A program made the position numbers and the translations under genes. From Chakrabartia sp. (lineage in GTDB: Bacteria; Pseudomonadota; Alphaproteobacteria; Sphingomonadales; Sphingomonadaceae), in NCBI GenBank assembly GCA_040398625.1, contig JBBATS010000001.1:47212-111211 (forward strand): a DNA stretch of 64,000 nucleotides, in the 5' to 3' direction. The notes under the pieces are model-generated. The model was not told the origin of the DNA. It saw only the letters and a program-made list of their open reading frames with translations, and searched no databases. Within the stretch, counting starts at the first letter, position 1; each line of letters opens with the position of its first letter. Shown here in pieces: positions 42,030 through 50,629 of this stretch.

Positions 42030-42985
42030 ACAGTCATCTCTCTTGGTTTTTCGATAGATAGCCGATGCTCGCGCCAGGCGATGTAAAGGCCACTGGCGAT
42101 GATGATCGGCGCGCCCATCCATGTCGACGTGCCGGGCAGGACGCTCCAAATCAGCCAGCCATAAGCGGTCGACCAGATCAGGCTCGTATAATCCATGCCG
42201 ACGACGGTGGAGACGGGCGCGTAACGTAGCGACGCGGTAAGGGCGATCTGGCCTAAGCCGCCGCACAGGCCGAGCCCTGCAATCAGCATCCACTGGTACG
42301 GACTATGGGATGTGGTGCCCCAAGCCAAGGCCTCTTCAATCGGCCCGGGCAATGGTGCGAAATGCAGGATCAACAGCATCGAGGAGGACAGCAGCGAAAA
42401 ATAGAAGACGGTCGTGGGCGGTGCCTCGGTCTTGCCAAGGTCGCGTAACTGCAGGCTGATTATGCCGACCATCAGCGCCGCCATCAGGCCGACGAGCGCA
42501 CCTTTGAGGGGGAAGCCACCTCCGCCCGGTTGGATGACGACCAGAACCCCGATGAAGCCGACAATAACAGCGGCCCACCGGTGGAGGCCCACTTTTTCGC
42601 GCAGGAAGAAGGCAGATAGGATCGTGGCGAAGATCGGGACGGTGAAGCCAAGCGTCGTCGCTTCGGCGAGCGGCAACAGCACGATACTGCCAAAGGTGAA
42701 GAACATGCCGGTCGCGCCGAGGAAGGACCGTCGCAAATGCGCCACAAAGCGTGTGGTCCTCAGGCTGGAAAGCCCGGTGGAAAACAGCACCCAGACGAGC
42801 ACGACCGGGATGGCCATGAACTGACGCCAGAACATGATTTCCGGCAAGTGAATGCCGCTCTCACTCGCGAGCTTGACCACCATCGACATGGTCGACAGCC
42901 CGAATATCGCTGCCAGTCGGAAACCGAGGGCCAGCATGCGCCGGTCATCTGTATGGGTTGAATTTGCGGTCACGCAAAATCGCAT
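42026..42985 (-). CDS. DMT/EamA family transporter
   Basis: About 10 TM helices; LPLAEAT, REKVGLHRWAAVIVGFIGVLVV, DYTSLIW. Start uncertain (GTG 42973 possible). Confidence 0.9.
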   Translation of the reverse strand: MRFCVTANSTHTDDRRMLALGFRLAAIFGLSTMSMVVKLASESGIHLPEIMFWRQFMAIPVVLVWVLFSTGLSSLRTTRFVAHLRRSFLGATGMFFTFGSIVLLPLAEATTLGFTVPIFATILSAFFLREKVGLHRWAAVIVGFIGVLVVIQPGGGGFPLKGALVGLMAALMVGIISLQLRDLGKTEAPPTTVFYFSLLSSSMLLILHFAPLPGPIEEALAWGTTSHSPYQWMLIAGLGLCGGLGQIALTASLRYAPVSTVVGMDYTSLIWSTAYGWLIWSVLPGTSTWMGAPIIIASGLYIAWREHRLSIEKPREMTV

Positions 42986-43082
42986 AGGCGACCTCGAATG
43001 GGACGCAACAGATTTATGAATGAGGGAACGGGCTGTTCCCTAAGCTTGCGGTTGACTGCCCGCCTCGGCTAACGCGCTCTGC

Positions 43083-44609
43083 ATGAAACATGCTCTCACC
43101 GTCACCCGCGCCCAGAATTTCGCCTCTTGGTATCAGGAGGTCATCTCTGAAGCTGATCTGGCCGAGGAATCCGGCGTTCGCGGCTGCATGGTCATTCGCC
43201 CTTGGGGCTATGGCATGTGGGAACGCATCCAGAAGCTGATGGATGCCGAAATCAAGCTCGCAGGCGTTGATAACTGCTATTTCCCGCTCTTCATTCCGCT
43301 GTCATTCTTTGAAAAGGAAGCCGACCATGTGGAGGGCTTTGCCAAGGAAATGGCGGTCGTAACGCACCATCGGCTGATCGGTGACGGCAATGGCAAGCTG
43401 GTGCCCGACCCGGAGTCGAAGCTGGAAGAGCCGCTGGTCGTGCGCCCGACGTCAGAGACGGTCATCGGAGCCGCAATGAGCCGCTGGGTGCAAAGCTGGC
43501 GTGATCTGCCTTTGATGGTCAACCAATGGGCAAACGTCGTCCGTTGGGAGATGCGCACGCGCATGTTCCTGCGCACGTCAGAATTCTTGTGGCAGGAAGG
43601 GCACACCGCCCATGCAGACCGCGATGATGCGATGGTGGAAACGCTGCGTGCGCTCGAAATGTATCGCGCCTTTGCGCAAGGCCCGCTCGCTATGCCCGTG
43701 GTTGCGGGTGAAAAGCCTGAAAATGAACGCTTCCCCGGTGCTGTTGCGACCTATTCGATCGAAGCGATGATGCAGGACGGCAAGGCGCTGCAAGCTGGCA
43801 CGTCGCACTATCTTGGCACCGGTTTCGCCGAGTCCGCCGGAATCCGGTATCAGGACAAAGAAGGTGGTCAGCAATTCTGCCACACGACGAGTTGGGGCGT
43901 CTCCACCCGTCTAATTGGCGGTGTCATCATGACGCATGGCGATGATGATGGCCTGCGCTGTCCGCCGCAGATCGCGCCGCAGCAGGTGGTTATCATCCCG
44001 ATGCTTCGCGACAATGATGAAGATGAAGCCGTGCTCGATTATTGCCGCGGCCTCGCCGCCGACCTGCGCAAGCTCTCCGCCTTTGGAGAGCCGGTGCGCG
44101 TCTTGCTCGATACCAAGGCAACGAAGGCGGCGACCAAGCGTTGGTCCTGGGTGAAGAAAGGGGCGCCGATCCTTGTTGAAGTCGGCCCGCGTGATGTAGC
44201 GGGCGGCAACGTCGCCGTTGTGCGTCGCGACCGACTTTATAAGGATGACGGCAAGCTCAACTCTGCCTTCATCGCGCGCGCTGACTTTGCTGCATCCGTC
44301 TCAGACACGCTCGTCGACATTGAAAAATCGCTGTTCATTGAAGCCAATGATCGGCTGGAGTCCAATATCCGCCGCGACGTGACGGACCTTGCTGCTCACT
44401 ATAAGGGCGATGAGGCGAAGTTCGCCGGATGGGTCGAAGTGCAGTGGGCGCGCCCGACGGGTGAGGCCCTGACCAAGATTGTTGAGACGCTCAAAGGCCT
44501 GAAGCTGACGATGCGTAACGCGCCACTCGGGGCAGCACCTGTCGATGGCACCTGCTTCTTCACCGGTGCGCCTGCGGCCGAACGGATTCTTATCGGACGC
44601 ACTTATTGA
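43083..44609 (+). CDS. proS: Proline-tRNA ligase, archaeal/eukaryote-like type
   Basis: VRPTSET, NQWANVVRWEMR, FLRTSEFLWQEGHT, LQAGTSHYLG, TTSWGVST; no INS editing domain visible. Confidence 0.96.
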   Translation: MKHALTVTRAQNFASWYQEVISEADLAEESGVRGCMVIRPWGYGMWERIQKLMDAEIKLAGVDNCYFPLFIPLSFFEKEADHVEGFAKEMAVVTHHRLIGDGNGKLVPDPESKLEEPLVVRPTSETVIGAAMSRWVQSWRDLPLMVNQWANVVRWEMRTRMFLRTSEFLWQEGHTAHADRDDAMVETLRALEMYRAFAQGPLAMPVVAGEKPENERFPGAVATYSIEAMMQDGKALQAGTSHYLGTGFAESAGIRYQDKEGGQQFCHTTSWGVSTRLIGGVIMTHGDDDGLRCPPQIAPQQVVIIPMLRDNDEDEAVLDYCRGLAADLRKLSAFGEPVRVLLDTKATKAATKRWSWVKKGAPILVEVGPRDVAGGNVAVVRRDRLYKDDGKLNSAFIARADFAASVSDTLVDIEKSLFIEANDRLESNIRRDVTDLAAHYKGDEAKFAGWVEVQWARPTGEALTKIVETLKGLKLTMRNAPLGAAPVDGTCFFTGAPAAERILIGRTY

Positions 44610-45871
44610 GCAACCTTGTCAGCCTCCTTGCGGCAGTGGGCATCGGCCTGCTGATCGGATTGGAGCGGGGCTGGCGGCAGCGCGATGAACATGCGGGCGG
44701 ACGGATTGCGGGGATAAGGACTTATGCGCTGCTGGCGCTGGGGGGCGCTTTGTCCGGTCTTTTGTCGCTGAATCTCTCGATCTGGTTTGGCCTGATCGGC
44801 ATTGGGGGCATCATCGTGGCGCTCTTGCTTGCCCACCGCGCGCGGCTTGCCGAAGCCGACGACAATGTTTCGGCCACCAATGTTGTCGTCAGTATTCTAA
44901 CCGTCATGCTTGGGCTTGCCATGACGACCAGCTTTCTGCGCGAGGCTATTGTCGCAGGCGGCGTGATGACGCTGATCCTCTCCATGCGGGAACAGTTGCA
45001 CGGCTGGCTGCGGACGCTGAGTGCAGAAGATGTCCGCGCTGTTGCCGTTTATGGCGCCATCACACTCGTCGTTCTGCCTTTGCTGCCTGACAAGAATATC
45101 GGTCCCTATGCCGCGCTCAACCCGCGCAATCTTTGGCTTGTCGTGGTGTTTGTGACGGGGCTGTCCTTTGCGGGCTATTGGGCCTCCAAAAGGGTGGGCG
45201 ATGCGCAGGGGACGATCATTGCGGCAGCCATTGGAGCGACCTATTCCTCGACAGCCGTGACGGCAGAATTGTCCCGGCGGTTGCGCAATGGGCAGGAAGA
45301 CCCGCTGCCACTGCGGGCCGGGATTGCGGCTGCGACAGCGATGATGCCCATTCGCATTTGTATTCTCGTGGCGGTCCTCCTCCCTGGCGTGCTGCTGCCT
45401 TTTCTGGCGATGGTGGGGCCTGCCATTGCTGTGGCGCTGCTCTTCGCGGTGCTGCTTTACTGGCGCGCGCGTGGCGGTTCGAGCAAAGCGATGACGGCAC
45501 GCCGCAACCCGTTTGATATCTGGCCTGCCATCGGATTTGCCGCGCTGGTCGGGGTCATCGTCATCCTATCGCGCTGGACCATTGATCAATATGGTGGCCA
45601 AGGCGTCAGCATCCTTATTGGTCTGACCGGCCTTTATGATGTCGATGCGGCCATCGTCACGGCGAGCAATTTGCCAAAAGGCCTGCTCGACACGTCCTCG
45701 CTCGCAGCCCTTCTTGCACTGCCGGTTCTAGTGAACTCAGCATTGAAGGCGGTTCTTGTGCCGGTGCTCGGTGGTGTCCGTGACGGCGCACGCGCTGCCA
45801 TTCCGCTGATCGCCAGCGCGATATTGATTGCCATCGGCATTGCGCTCATCAACGGGTTTCACTTCGCCTGA
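44606..45871 (+). CDS. MgtC/SapB plus DUF4010 membrane protein
   Basis: GLLIGLERGW, AGIRTYAL, LPLLPD, YSSTAVT, GLYDVDA; TTG start overlapping the proS stop. Confidence 0.88.
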   Translation: MSNLVSLLAAVGIGLLIGLERGWRQRDEHAGGRIAGIRTYALLALGGALSGLLSLNLSIWFGLIGIGGIIVALLLAHRARLAEADDNVSATNVVVSILTVMLGLAMTTSFLREAIVAGGVMTLILSMREQLHGWLRTLSAEDVRAVAVYGAITLVVLPLLPDKNIGPYAALNPRNLWLVVVFVTGLSFAGYWASKRVGDAQGTIIAAAIGATYSSTAVTAELSRRLRNGQEDPLPLRAGIAAATAMMPIRICILVAVLLPGVLLPFLAMVGPAIAVALLFAVLLYWRARGGSSKAMTARRNPFDIWPAIGFAALVGVIVILSRWTIDQYGGQGVSILIGLTGLYDVDAAIVTASNLPKGLLDTSSLAALLALPVLVNSALKAVLVPVLGGVRDGARAAIPLIASAILIAIGIALINGFHFA

Positions 45872-45966
45872 GCGGGCGCAAACGGGGTGGCGGACCACGA
45901 CGCTAACCTCTAGACAGGTCTAAATGATGGCGGGCCGTTGACCCGTTTCCGGGGGGAGTTTCTTTG

Positions 45967-47208
45967 ATGCAGCGTATTCTGATCGGGCTGGCCGGTATGG
46001 CCCTGATCCTGCTGATCGCCTTTGCCTTTTCATCGAACCGAAAGGCGATCCGTCTGCGGGTTGTCAGCGCAGCCTTCGCGCTTCAGGCGGCAATTGCGGT
46101 GCTCGTGCTGTATGTTGATGCAGGCAAGGTCGCTATTCAGGCGATGTCGCACGGCGTCAGCAATCTGCTCGGCTATGCGCAGGCGGGCATCGATTTCCTG
46201 TTCGGCAATCTCGCCAAGCCAGAACTGGGCGGATATTCCTTCGCCATTGCGGCACTCCCCGTCATCATCTTCTTCGCCAGCCTTGTGTCGATCCTCTATT
46301 ATCTCGGCGTGATGCAGTTCGTTGTGAAATGGCTCGGCGGCGGCATTCAGAAGATTACCGGCATCAGCAAAGTGGAATCGCTTGGCGCTGCCGCCAACAT
46401 CTTTGTCGGGCAAAGCGAAGCGCCTTTGGTGATCCGCCCCTATCTGTCGGCGATGACGCCCGCTCAGCTTTTCACGATCATGACGGTCGGTATGGCCGGT
46501 GTCGCGGGCACGATCCTCGCGGCTTATGCATCGATGCTCGGGCCAGAGCTTCTGCCCTATCTACTGGCCGCAAGCTTCATGTCGGCCCCCGGCGGCATCC
46601 TCATGGCCAAGATCATGCAGCCCGATGATCCTGCCGATGCGGGCAAGGAGCCTGTCGTTGACGGCCCGATCCGCTTTGGAGACGAGCAGCCGGCCAATAT
46701 CATTATGGCGGCGGCAGAGGGCGCGCAGACGGGCGTGCGTCTGGCCGTGGCCGTCGGGGCCATGGTGCTGGCGTTCGTGGCGCTTGTGGCGCTCGCCAAT
46801 GGCTTGCTCGCAGGCGTCGGCGCATGGGTTGGCTATCCTGACCTCAGCTTCCAGAAGATCGTCGGCGCGGTGTTCGCGCCTGTCATGTACATGCTCAATG
46901 TGCCGGCAAACGACGCGATGACGGCAGGTGGCCTGTTCGGCACCAAGCTTGTGCTCAACGAATTTGTCGCCTTTACGCAGCTTGGCCCGTTGAAGGAAAC
47001 GCTGGCGCCCGCGACGGTGGCCATTGTCACCTTTGCACTGTGTGGCTTTGCCAATTTCAGCTCGATTGCGATCCAGATGGCGGTGACAGGTGGGTTAGCG
47101 CCCAATCAGCGCGCCGTGATCGCGCGGCTCGGCCTGAAGGCCCTGCTGGCGGGGAGCCTTGCAAACCTGATGAGTGCGGCGTTGGCGGGGCTGCTGGTGA
47201 CGGGCTGA
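45967..47208 (+). CDS. NupC/NupG family concentrative nucleoside transporter
   Basis: ALPVIIFFASLVSILY, ANIFVGQSEAP, KLVLNEFVAF, ALCGFANFSSIAI. Confidence 0.93.
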   Translation: MQRILIGLAGMALILLIAFAFSSNRKAIRLRVVSAAFALQAAIAVLVLYVDAGKVAIQAMSHGVSNLLGYAQAGIDFLFGNLAKPELGGYSFAIAALPVIIFFASLVSILYYLGVMQFVVKWLGGGIQKITGISKVESLGAAANIFVGQSEAPLVIRPYLSAMTPAQLFTIMTVGMAGVAGTILAAYASMLGPELLPYLLAASFMSAPGGILMAKIMQPDDPADAGKEPVVDGPIRFGDEQPANIIMAAAEGAQTGVRLAVAVGAMVLAFVALVALANGLLAGVGAWVGYPDLSFQKIVGAVFAPVMYMLNVPANDAMTAGGLFGTKLVLNEFVAFTQLGPLKETLAPATVAIVTFALCGFANFSSIAIQMAVTGGLAPNQRAVIARLGLKALLAGSLANLMSAALAGLLVTG

Positions 47209-47209
47209 C

Positions 47210-47971
47210 CTAGGTCGACAGATACCAGCGGTCGGTGCCTTGCAGCCCGATCGCGGTCAGCCGGCCGCTGGCATAGGCGCCAGTATCAATGCCGATGCGG
47301 TTTGCGCGCTCTTCCACCTCGTCGCGGATCGTATGGCCGTGGACCACGACAGCGCCGAAATCTGCCGTAGACTCGATGAAGTCGCTGCGAATCCAGCGCA
47401 GATCCGTCTCATCCTGATCGTCGAGCGCAATGCCGGGCCGGACGCCTGCATGGGTGAAGTAGTAATCACCCAGCCGGAATGCAGGGCGGAAGGCGCGCAG
47501 AAAATCGATATGCGCCTTGGGCACAACACGTGCCGTGGCGTCAGTCACTTCGCCTAGATCCCAGCTGTCATATTGCTCTGCTGTGATGCCATAGCTGATC
47601 AGCGTTTCGCGGCCTCCTGCACGGTGGAAGGTCGCTGCCGTCGCGCGATCTCCGTCCCACACCCGGATCAAGAGTTCCTCATGATTGCCCTTGATAAACA
47701 CAGTGCCAGGCTGGGACTTTGCCAGCGCCATGGCGTGTTCGATCACTTGTCGGGAGCCGGGGCCGCGATCCGGCAAATCGCCGAGAAAGATGATCTGCGC
47801 CTCTGCGTCACCGCGCGCCGCATCATCGGCGAGGATTTTTACCAGCAACTGGTCGAGCAGATCGGCCCGTCCATGAATATCGCCAATCGCATAGACCCGT
47901 TTACCGGCCGGGATGGCGGCAGGCGGCGGGGCAGGGCTTTCCTTGCGGGCGAAGAAGCGTTTCAGAACCAT
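47210..47971 (-). CDS. PPP-family metallophosphoesterase (PrpA/PrpB-like Ser/Thr phosphatase)
   Basis: YAIGDIHG, FLGDLPDRG, KGNHE, FTHAG, VVHGHT, RIGIDTG. Confidence 0.9.
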   Translation of the reverse strand: MVLKRFFARKESPAPPPAAIPAGKRVYAIGDIHGRADLLDQLLVKILADDAARGDAEAQIIFLGDLPDRGPGSRQVIEHAMALAKSQPGTVFIKGNHEELLIRVWDGDRATAATFHRAGGRETLISYGITAEQYDSWDLGEVTDATARVVPKAHIDFLRAFRPAFRLGDYYFTHAGVRPGIALDDQDETDLRWIRSDFIESTADFGAVVVHGHTIRDEVEERANRIGIDTGAYASGRLTAIGLQGTDRWYLST

Positions 47972-48014
47972 GGGACGACCGCGATATAGTCGCTTTGGCA
48001 TCGATTGCCAGATC

Positions 48015-48371
48015 TCAGGCGGGTTCGCGGTCCATCAAATCAGCAATATCGATGTCCAGCCGTTCAATCAGATTGCGCATGCGGGGCCAGATTTTGTTCA
48101 GGAAGATGTCGCGTTCCTGCACCTTCAGCGCCTGCACAGCGCCGGGGGCTACGAACATGCCCACGCCGCGTTTGACGAGAACATGGCCATCATCCTGCAG
48201 CGTTTGATACGCCTTGGCGACAGTCAGCGGATTGGTGCCGGTCTGTGCCGCAAAAGCCCGGACGGAGGGCAATTGATCGCCTTCTCCATACTTGCCCTCG
48301 ATGATCTCAATGGCGAGCATCCCCCGCAAACGGAGGTATACTGGGATTTCGTCGAAACTAGCTGCTGTCAT
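48015..48371 (-). CDS. GntR family regulator (YtrA-like, short C-terminus)
   Basis: PVYLRL, GDQLPSVR, NPLTVAKAY, VKRGVGMFV; 118 aa. Confidence 0.9.
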   Translation of the reverse strand: MTAASFDEIPVYLRLRGMLAIEIIEGKYGEGDQLPSVRAFAAQTGTNPLTVAKAYQTLQDDGHVLVKRGVGMFVAPGAVQALKVQERDIFLNKIWPRMRNLIERLDIDIADLMDREPA

Positions 48372-48385
48372 ACCTACTTAATACA
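48366..48385 (-). promoter_or_regulatory. Putative autoregulatory operator overlapping the GntR start codon
   Basis: TGTATTA-N6-TATGACA on the minus strand; imperfect palindrome covering the ATG. Confidence 0.55.
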
Positions 48386-48420
48386 CCAACGCACTCACCG
48401 AGTCACGTCCAAAAAATGGG

Positions 48421-48996
48421 TTAACCCGGCCAGTGGCTGATGACGTCTGATGGAGCGGGGCGGGGCCGCTCGTCCAATTCGCGACTGGGGGAGCCGATGA
48501 AAATGAACCCGGCAATGCGCTCCTCCTCGCCGCCAAAGGCATCTCGGACCTGATCAGAATAGCTCGGCCATCCCGTCAGCCAGCCGCCGACCAACCCTTG
48601 GGCATGGACGGCATTGAGCAACTGCATACAGGCCGCACCCACCGACAATTCCTGCTCCCAAAGCGGGATCTTGCTCGCCTTTGGGCTGGAGAGCGCGACG
48701 ACCAGCGCCGGGGCCTGATGCGCGAACTGCTCCATGGCTTCGATCTCAAGGCGTCCTGCTTCAGGCTTCTCGCTGCGATAGGCGTCCACAAGGAGCGCAG
48801 AAAGCCTATCCCGCTGGTCCGCACCGACCACAACGAAACGCCAAGGCGCCAGCTTGCCATGATCCGGCACGCGGGTTGCAGCGGCAAGAATGGCGTCCAT
48901 CTGCGTTGCATCCGGGCCGGGCGCAATCATGTCACGCGGCTTGCCCGACCGACGGGTGAGGAGGAGGCTGAGCGGGGAGGAGGTGTCGTTGAACAT
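48421..48996 (-). CDS. Nitroreductase family protein (YdjA-like)
   Basis: LLTRRS, VPDHGKLAPWRF, EQELSVGAAC, WLTGW, GFIFIG; start at ATG 48996. Confidence 0.92.
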   Translation of the reverse strand: MFNDTSSPLSLLLTRRSGKPRDMIAPGPDATQMDAILAAATRVPDHGKLAPWRFVVVGADQRDRLSALLVDAYRSEKPEAGRLEIEAMEQFAHQAPALVVALSSPKASKIPLWEQELSVGAACMQLLNAVHAQGLVGGWLTGWPSYSDQVRDAFGGEEERIAGFIFIGSPSRELDERPRPAPSDVISHWPG

Positions 48997-49049
48997 AGAT
49001 GCGCCGCTATCAGGCGGGGGCGGGTGGGGCAAGCGGGACCCATCCATCT

Positions 49050-49073
49050 AAACCTCCCACCACTCGTTTGCCC
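49050..49073 (+). repeat. Left direct repeat of the WYL cassette
   Basis: AAACCTCCCACCACTC-GTTTGCCC versus AAACTTCCCACCACTCCGTTTGGCC at 51411. Confidence 0.7.
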
Positions 49074-49130
49074 TGCGCCTGTCGAAGGGCTGTCCTTTCT
49101 TTTCCACTCAGGTGAACAGGAAGAGCGGTT
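49065..49130. repeat. Truncated REP-like element, family E (left arm only)
   Basis: CGTTTGCCCTGCGCCTGTCGAAGGGCTGTCCTTTC. The expected complementary right arm (TTCGACA..CTCAG..CGAACG) is absent after GGAAGAGCGGT. Confidence 0.6.
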
Positions 49131-49231
49131 ATTCAACTAGCGACATCAAGGCGTACATGTACCCTGCGAACCTCGATTGGTTGCATCTGCAGAGATCGCG
49201 GAAATCTAACCGAAGACGGTTCAAGCCGCCC

Positions 49232-49861
49232 TCAGGACTTGTTTTTCTTAGTACCGGATGCCGTGTTCGATAGCGCCTTGACCAGTAGACCTGCCGCGAT
49301 ACCAAACACGCAGGGGAAGGCGTGGCCAACCTTGATTTGCCCGTGATCGCTGACCAGCAGATCTATTGCAAAACCGATCAACACACCCGCCCAGGCCAGT
49401 CCAAGGCCGGCACGCCCAATCCGACCAGCCACGATCACAAATCCGCATAGAGCCATGTAAGCCTGCGACGCACCGGATAGAAAAGCCTCGGGTTCGAGGA
49501 ACACCAGTAGTGCCTGGCTCAGTGTCCCGCCCGCCAAGGCAATTGTGCCTGGAAGAACCCGGCCCCAGCGTGCCTCAGCGGCTAGGCCCACGCCGCCAAT
49601 GACCAGCGCATTGAGCAACATGTGCGGCGCTTTCACGTGGAGCCACTGTGATGCGATGAGTTTCCAGCTCTGCTTCCAGCTAAAATACTCGCCCTTGATC
49701 ACGCCGAAGTCCAAAAGTTCTCTTGAACTTTGCTGCGCCCCGAGCGGCTGATGGAGCGCAAAGGCCGCGGCGCACCACACAACCAAAAGGCTGACGGCCC
49801 AGAGCAAAAGCGGAGATGACAGCACCCTCACGGATTGGTCACCAACAGGCCCGATTGCCAT
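49232..49861 (-). CDS. Rhomboid-family intramembrane protease-like protein
   Basis: Multi-TM; WKLIASQWLH, HMLLN, SGASQ (GxS motif), H in GHAF at the catalytic His position. Confidence 0.72.
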   Translation of the reverse strand: MAIGPVGDQSVRVLSSPLLLWAVSLLVVWCAAAFALHQPLGAQQSSRELLDFGVIKGEYFSWKQSWKLIASQWLHVKAPHMLLNALVIGGVGLAAEARWGRVLPGTIALAGGTLSQALLVFLEPEAFLSGASQAYMALCGFVIVAGRIGRAGLGLAWAGVLIGFAIDLLVSDHGQIKVGHAFPCVFGIAAGLLVKALSNTASGTKKNKS

Positions 49862-50196
49862 CAGTCCGCCTTAAGGGCGGCAAGCTCGTTTCCGCTCGGA
49901 TCGCGGAAGTGGAAGCGCCTGCCGCCCGGAAAGGCGAATACCGGTTTGGTAATGACGCCTCCCGCCTTGCTTACCGCTTCGAGGGATGCTTCCAGATCAT
50001 CGACAGTAATGACCGTGAGCGGTGCCGAAGTGGCCTCGCTTGAGTCGGCCTGCAGGCCGATGTCCACATCGCCCGTCATCGTGCACGAGTAGCTGGGGCC
50101 GAAGTCGGTGAGGGCAAAGCCAAACGTATCGGTATAGAAGGACCGGGTTGCGGCTAGGTCCGATGCGGGTAGTTCAACGAAGCTGATACGAGCCAT
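49861..50196 (-). CDS. VOC/glyoxalase/bleomycin-resistance family protein
   Basis: ISFVELPASDL, FYTDTFG, VDDLEASL, FPGGRRFHFRDPSGNEL; TGATG coupling. Confidence 0.9.
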   Translation of the reverse strand: MARISFVELPASDLAATRSFYTDTFGFALTDFGPSYSCTMTGDVDIGLQADSSEATSAPLTVITVDDLEASLEAVSKAGGVITKPVFAFPGGRRFHFRDPSGNELAALKAD

Positions 50197-50561
50197 TATT
50201 TGCCCTCCTGAGGTTTCTTGCGCGGCGTCTTGGTTTTCGGCTTTAGGCCTGCCGCACTGCGCGCTATCCATGACCTGAGGCTCTCGGGATCGGACAGCAT
50301 CGCTTCGGGCAACAGCAGATAGGTCTTGCTCGGCGGATCTTCCGGCTCATACCGGAGCGGCTTCACGCCCGGCACCGCGCTCAAGGCCGCATGCTCTGTG
50401 CCAGTCATCTTGAGGGCGATTCCCACATTCGAGAGAGACACGAACACTTGGCCCGCAGCATAGCCCATGATCCCGCCGAACATTGGGCGAAAGCTCAGTT
50501 CAAGGTCGGGTGGGCTCGCCCTCTCCATGACGGCTTGCAACTCCTTTGGATCGTGCTCCAT
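50196..50561 (-). CDS. TfoX/Sxy N-terminal domain protein
   Basis: RPMFGGIMGY, IALK, SKTYLLLP, LRSWIARS; TAATG coupling to the VOC gene. Confidence 0.82.
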   Translation of the reverse strand: MEHDPKELQAVMERASPPDLELSFRPMFGGIMGYAAGQVFVSLSNVGIALKMTGTEHAALSAVPGVKPLRYEPEDPPSKTYLLLPEAMLSDPESLRSWIARSAAGLKPKTKTPRKKPQEGK

Positions 50562-50607
50562 TCCATGCCTCACCGTCGTTGAATCAAAGCTATGCATACA
50601 CGATGCC

Positions 50608-50629
50608 TACTGCCAACGTAGTGTCAGTA
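50608..50629. promoter_or_regulatory. Putative WYL/YafY regulator binding site
   Basis: TACTGCCA-N6-TGTCAGTA (7/8 palindrome) abutting the regulator ATG, with no RBS. Confidence 0.65.

Noticed and set aside
49214-49232. GGTTCAAGCC resembling a tRNA T-loop at the cassette edge
   Set aside because: No 5-bp T-stem, acceptor stem or anticodon arm can be formed.
49129-49329. 66-aa ORF and other frames in the unexplained 100 bp at 49130-49231
   Set aside because: No motif in any frame I translated and no RBS; it overlaps the rhomboid gene. It may be a remnant, but I cannot support a call.
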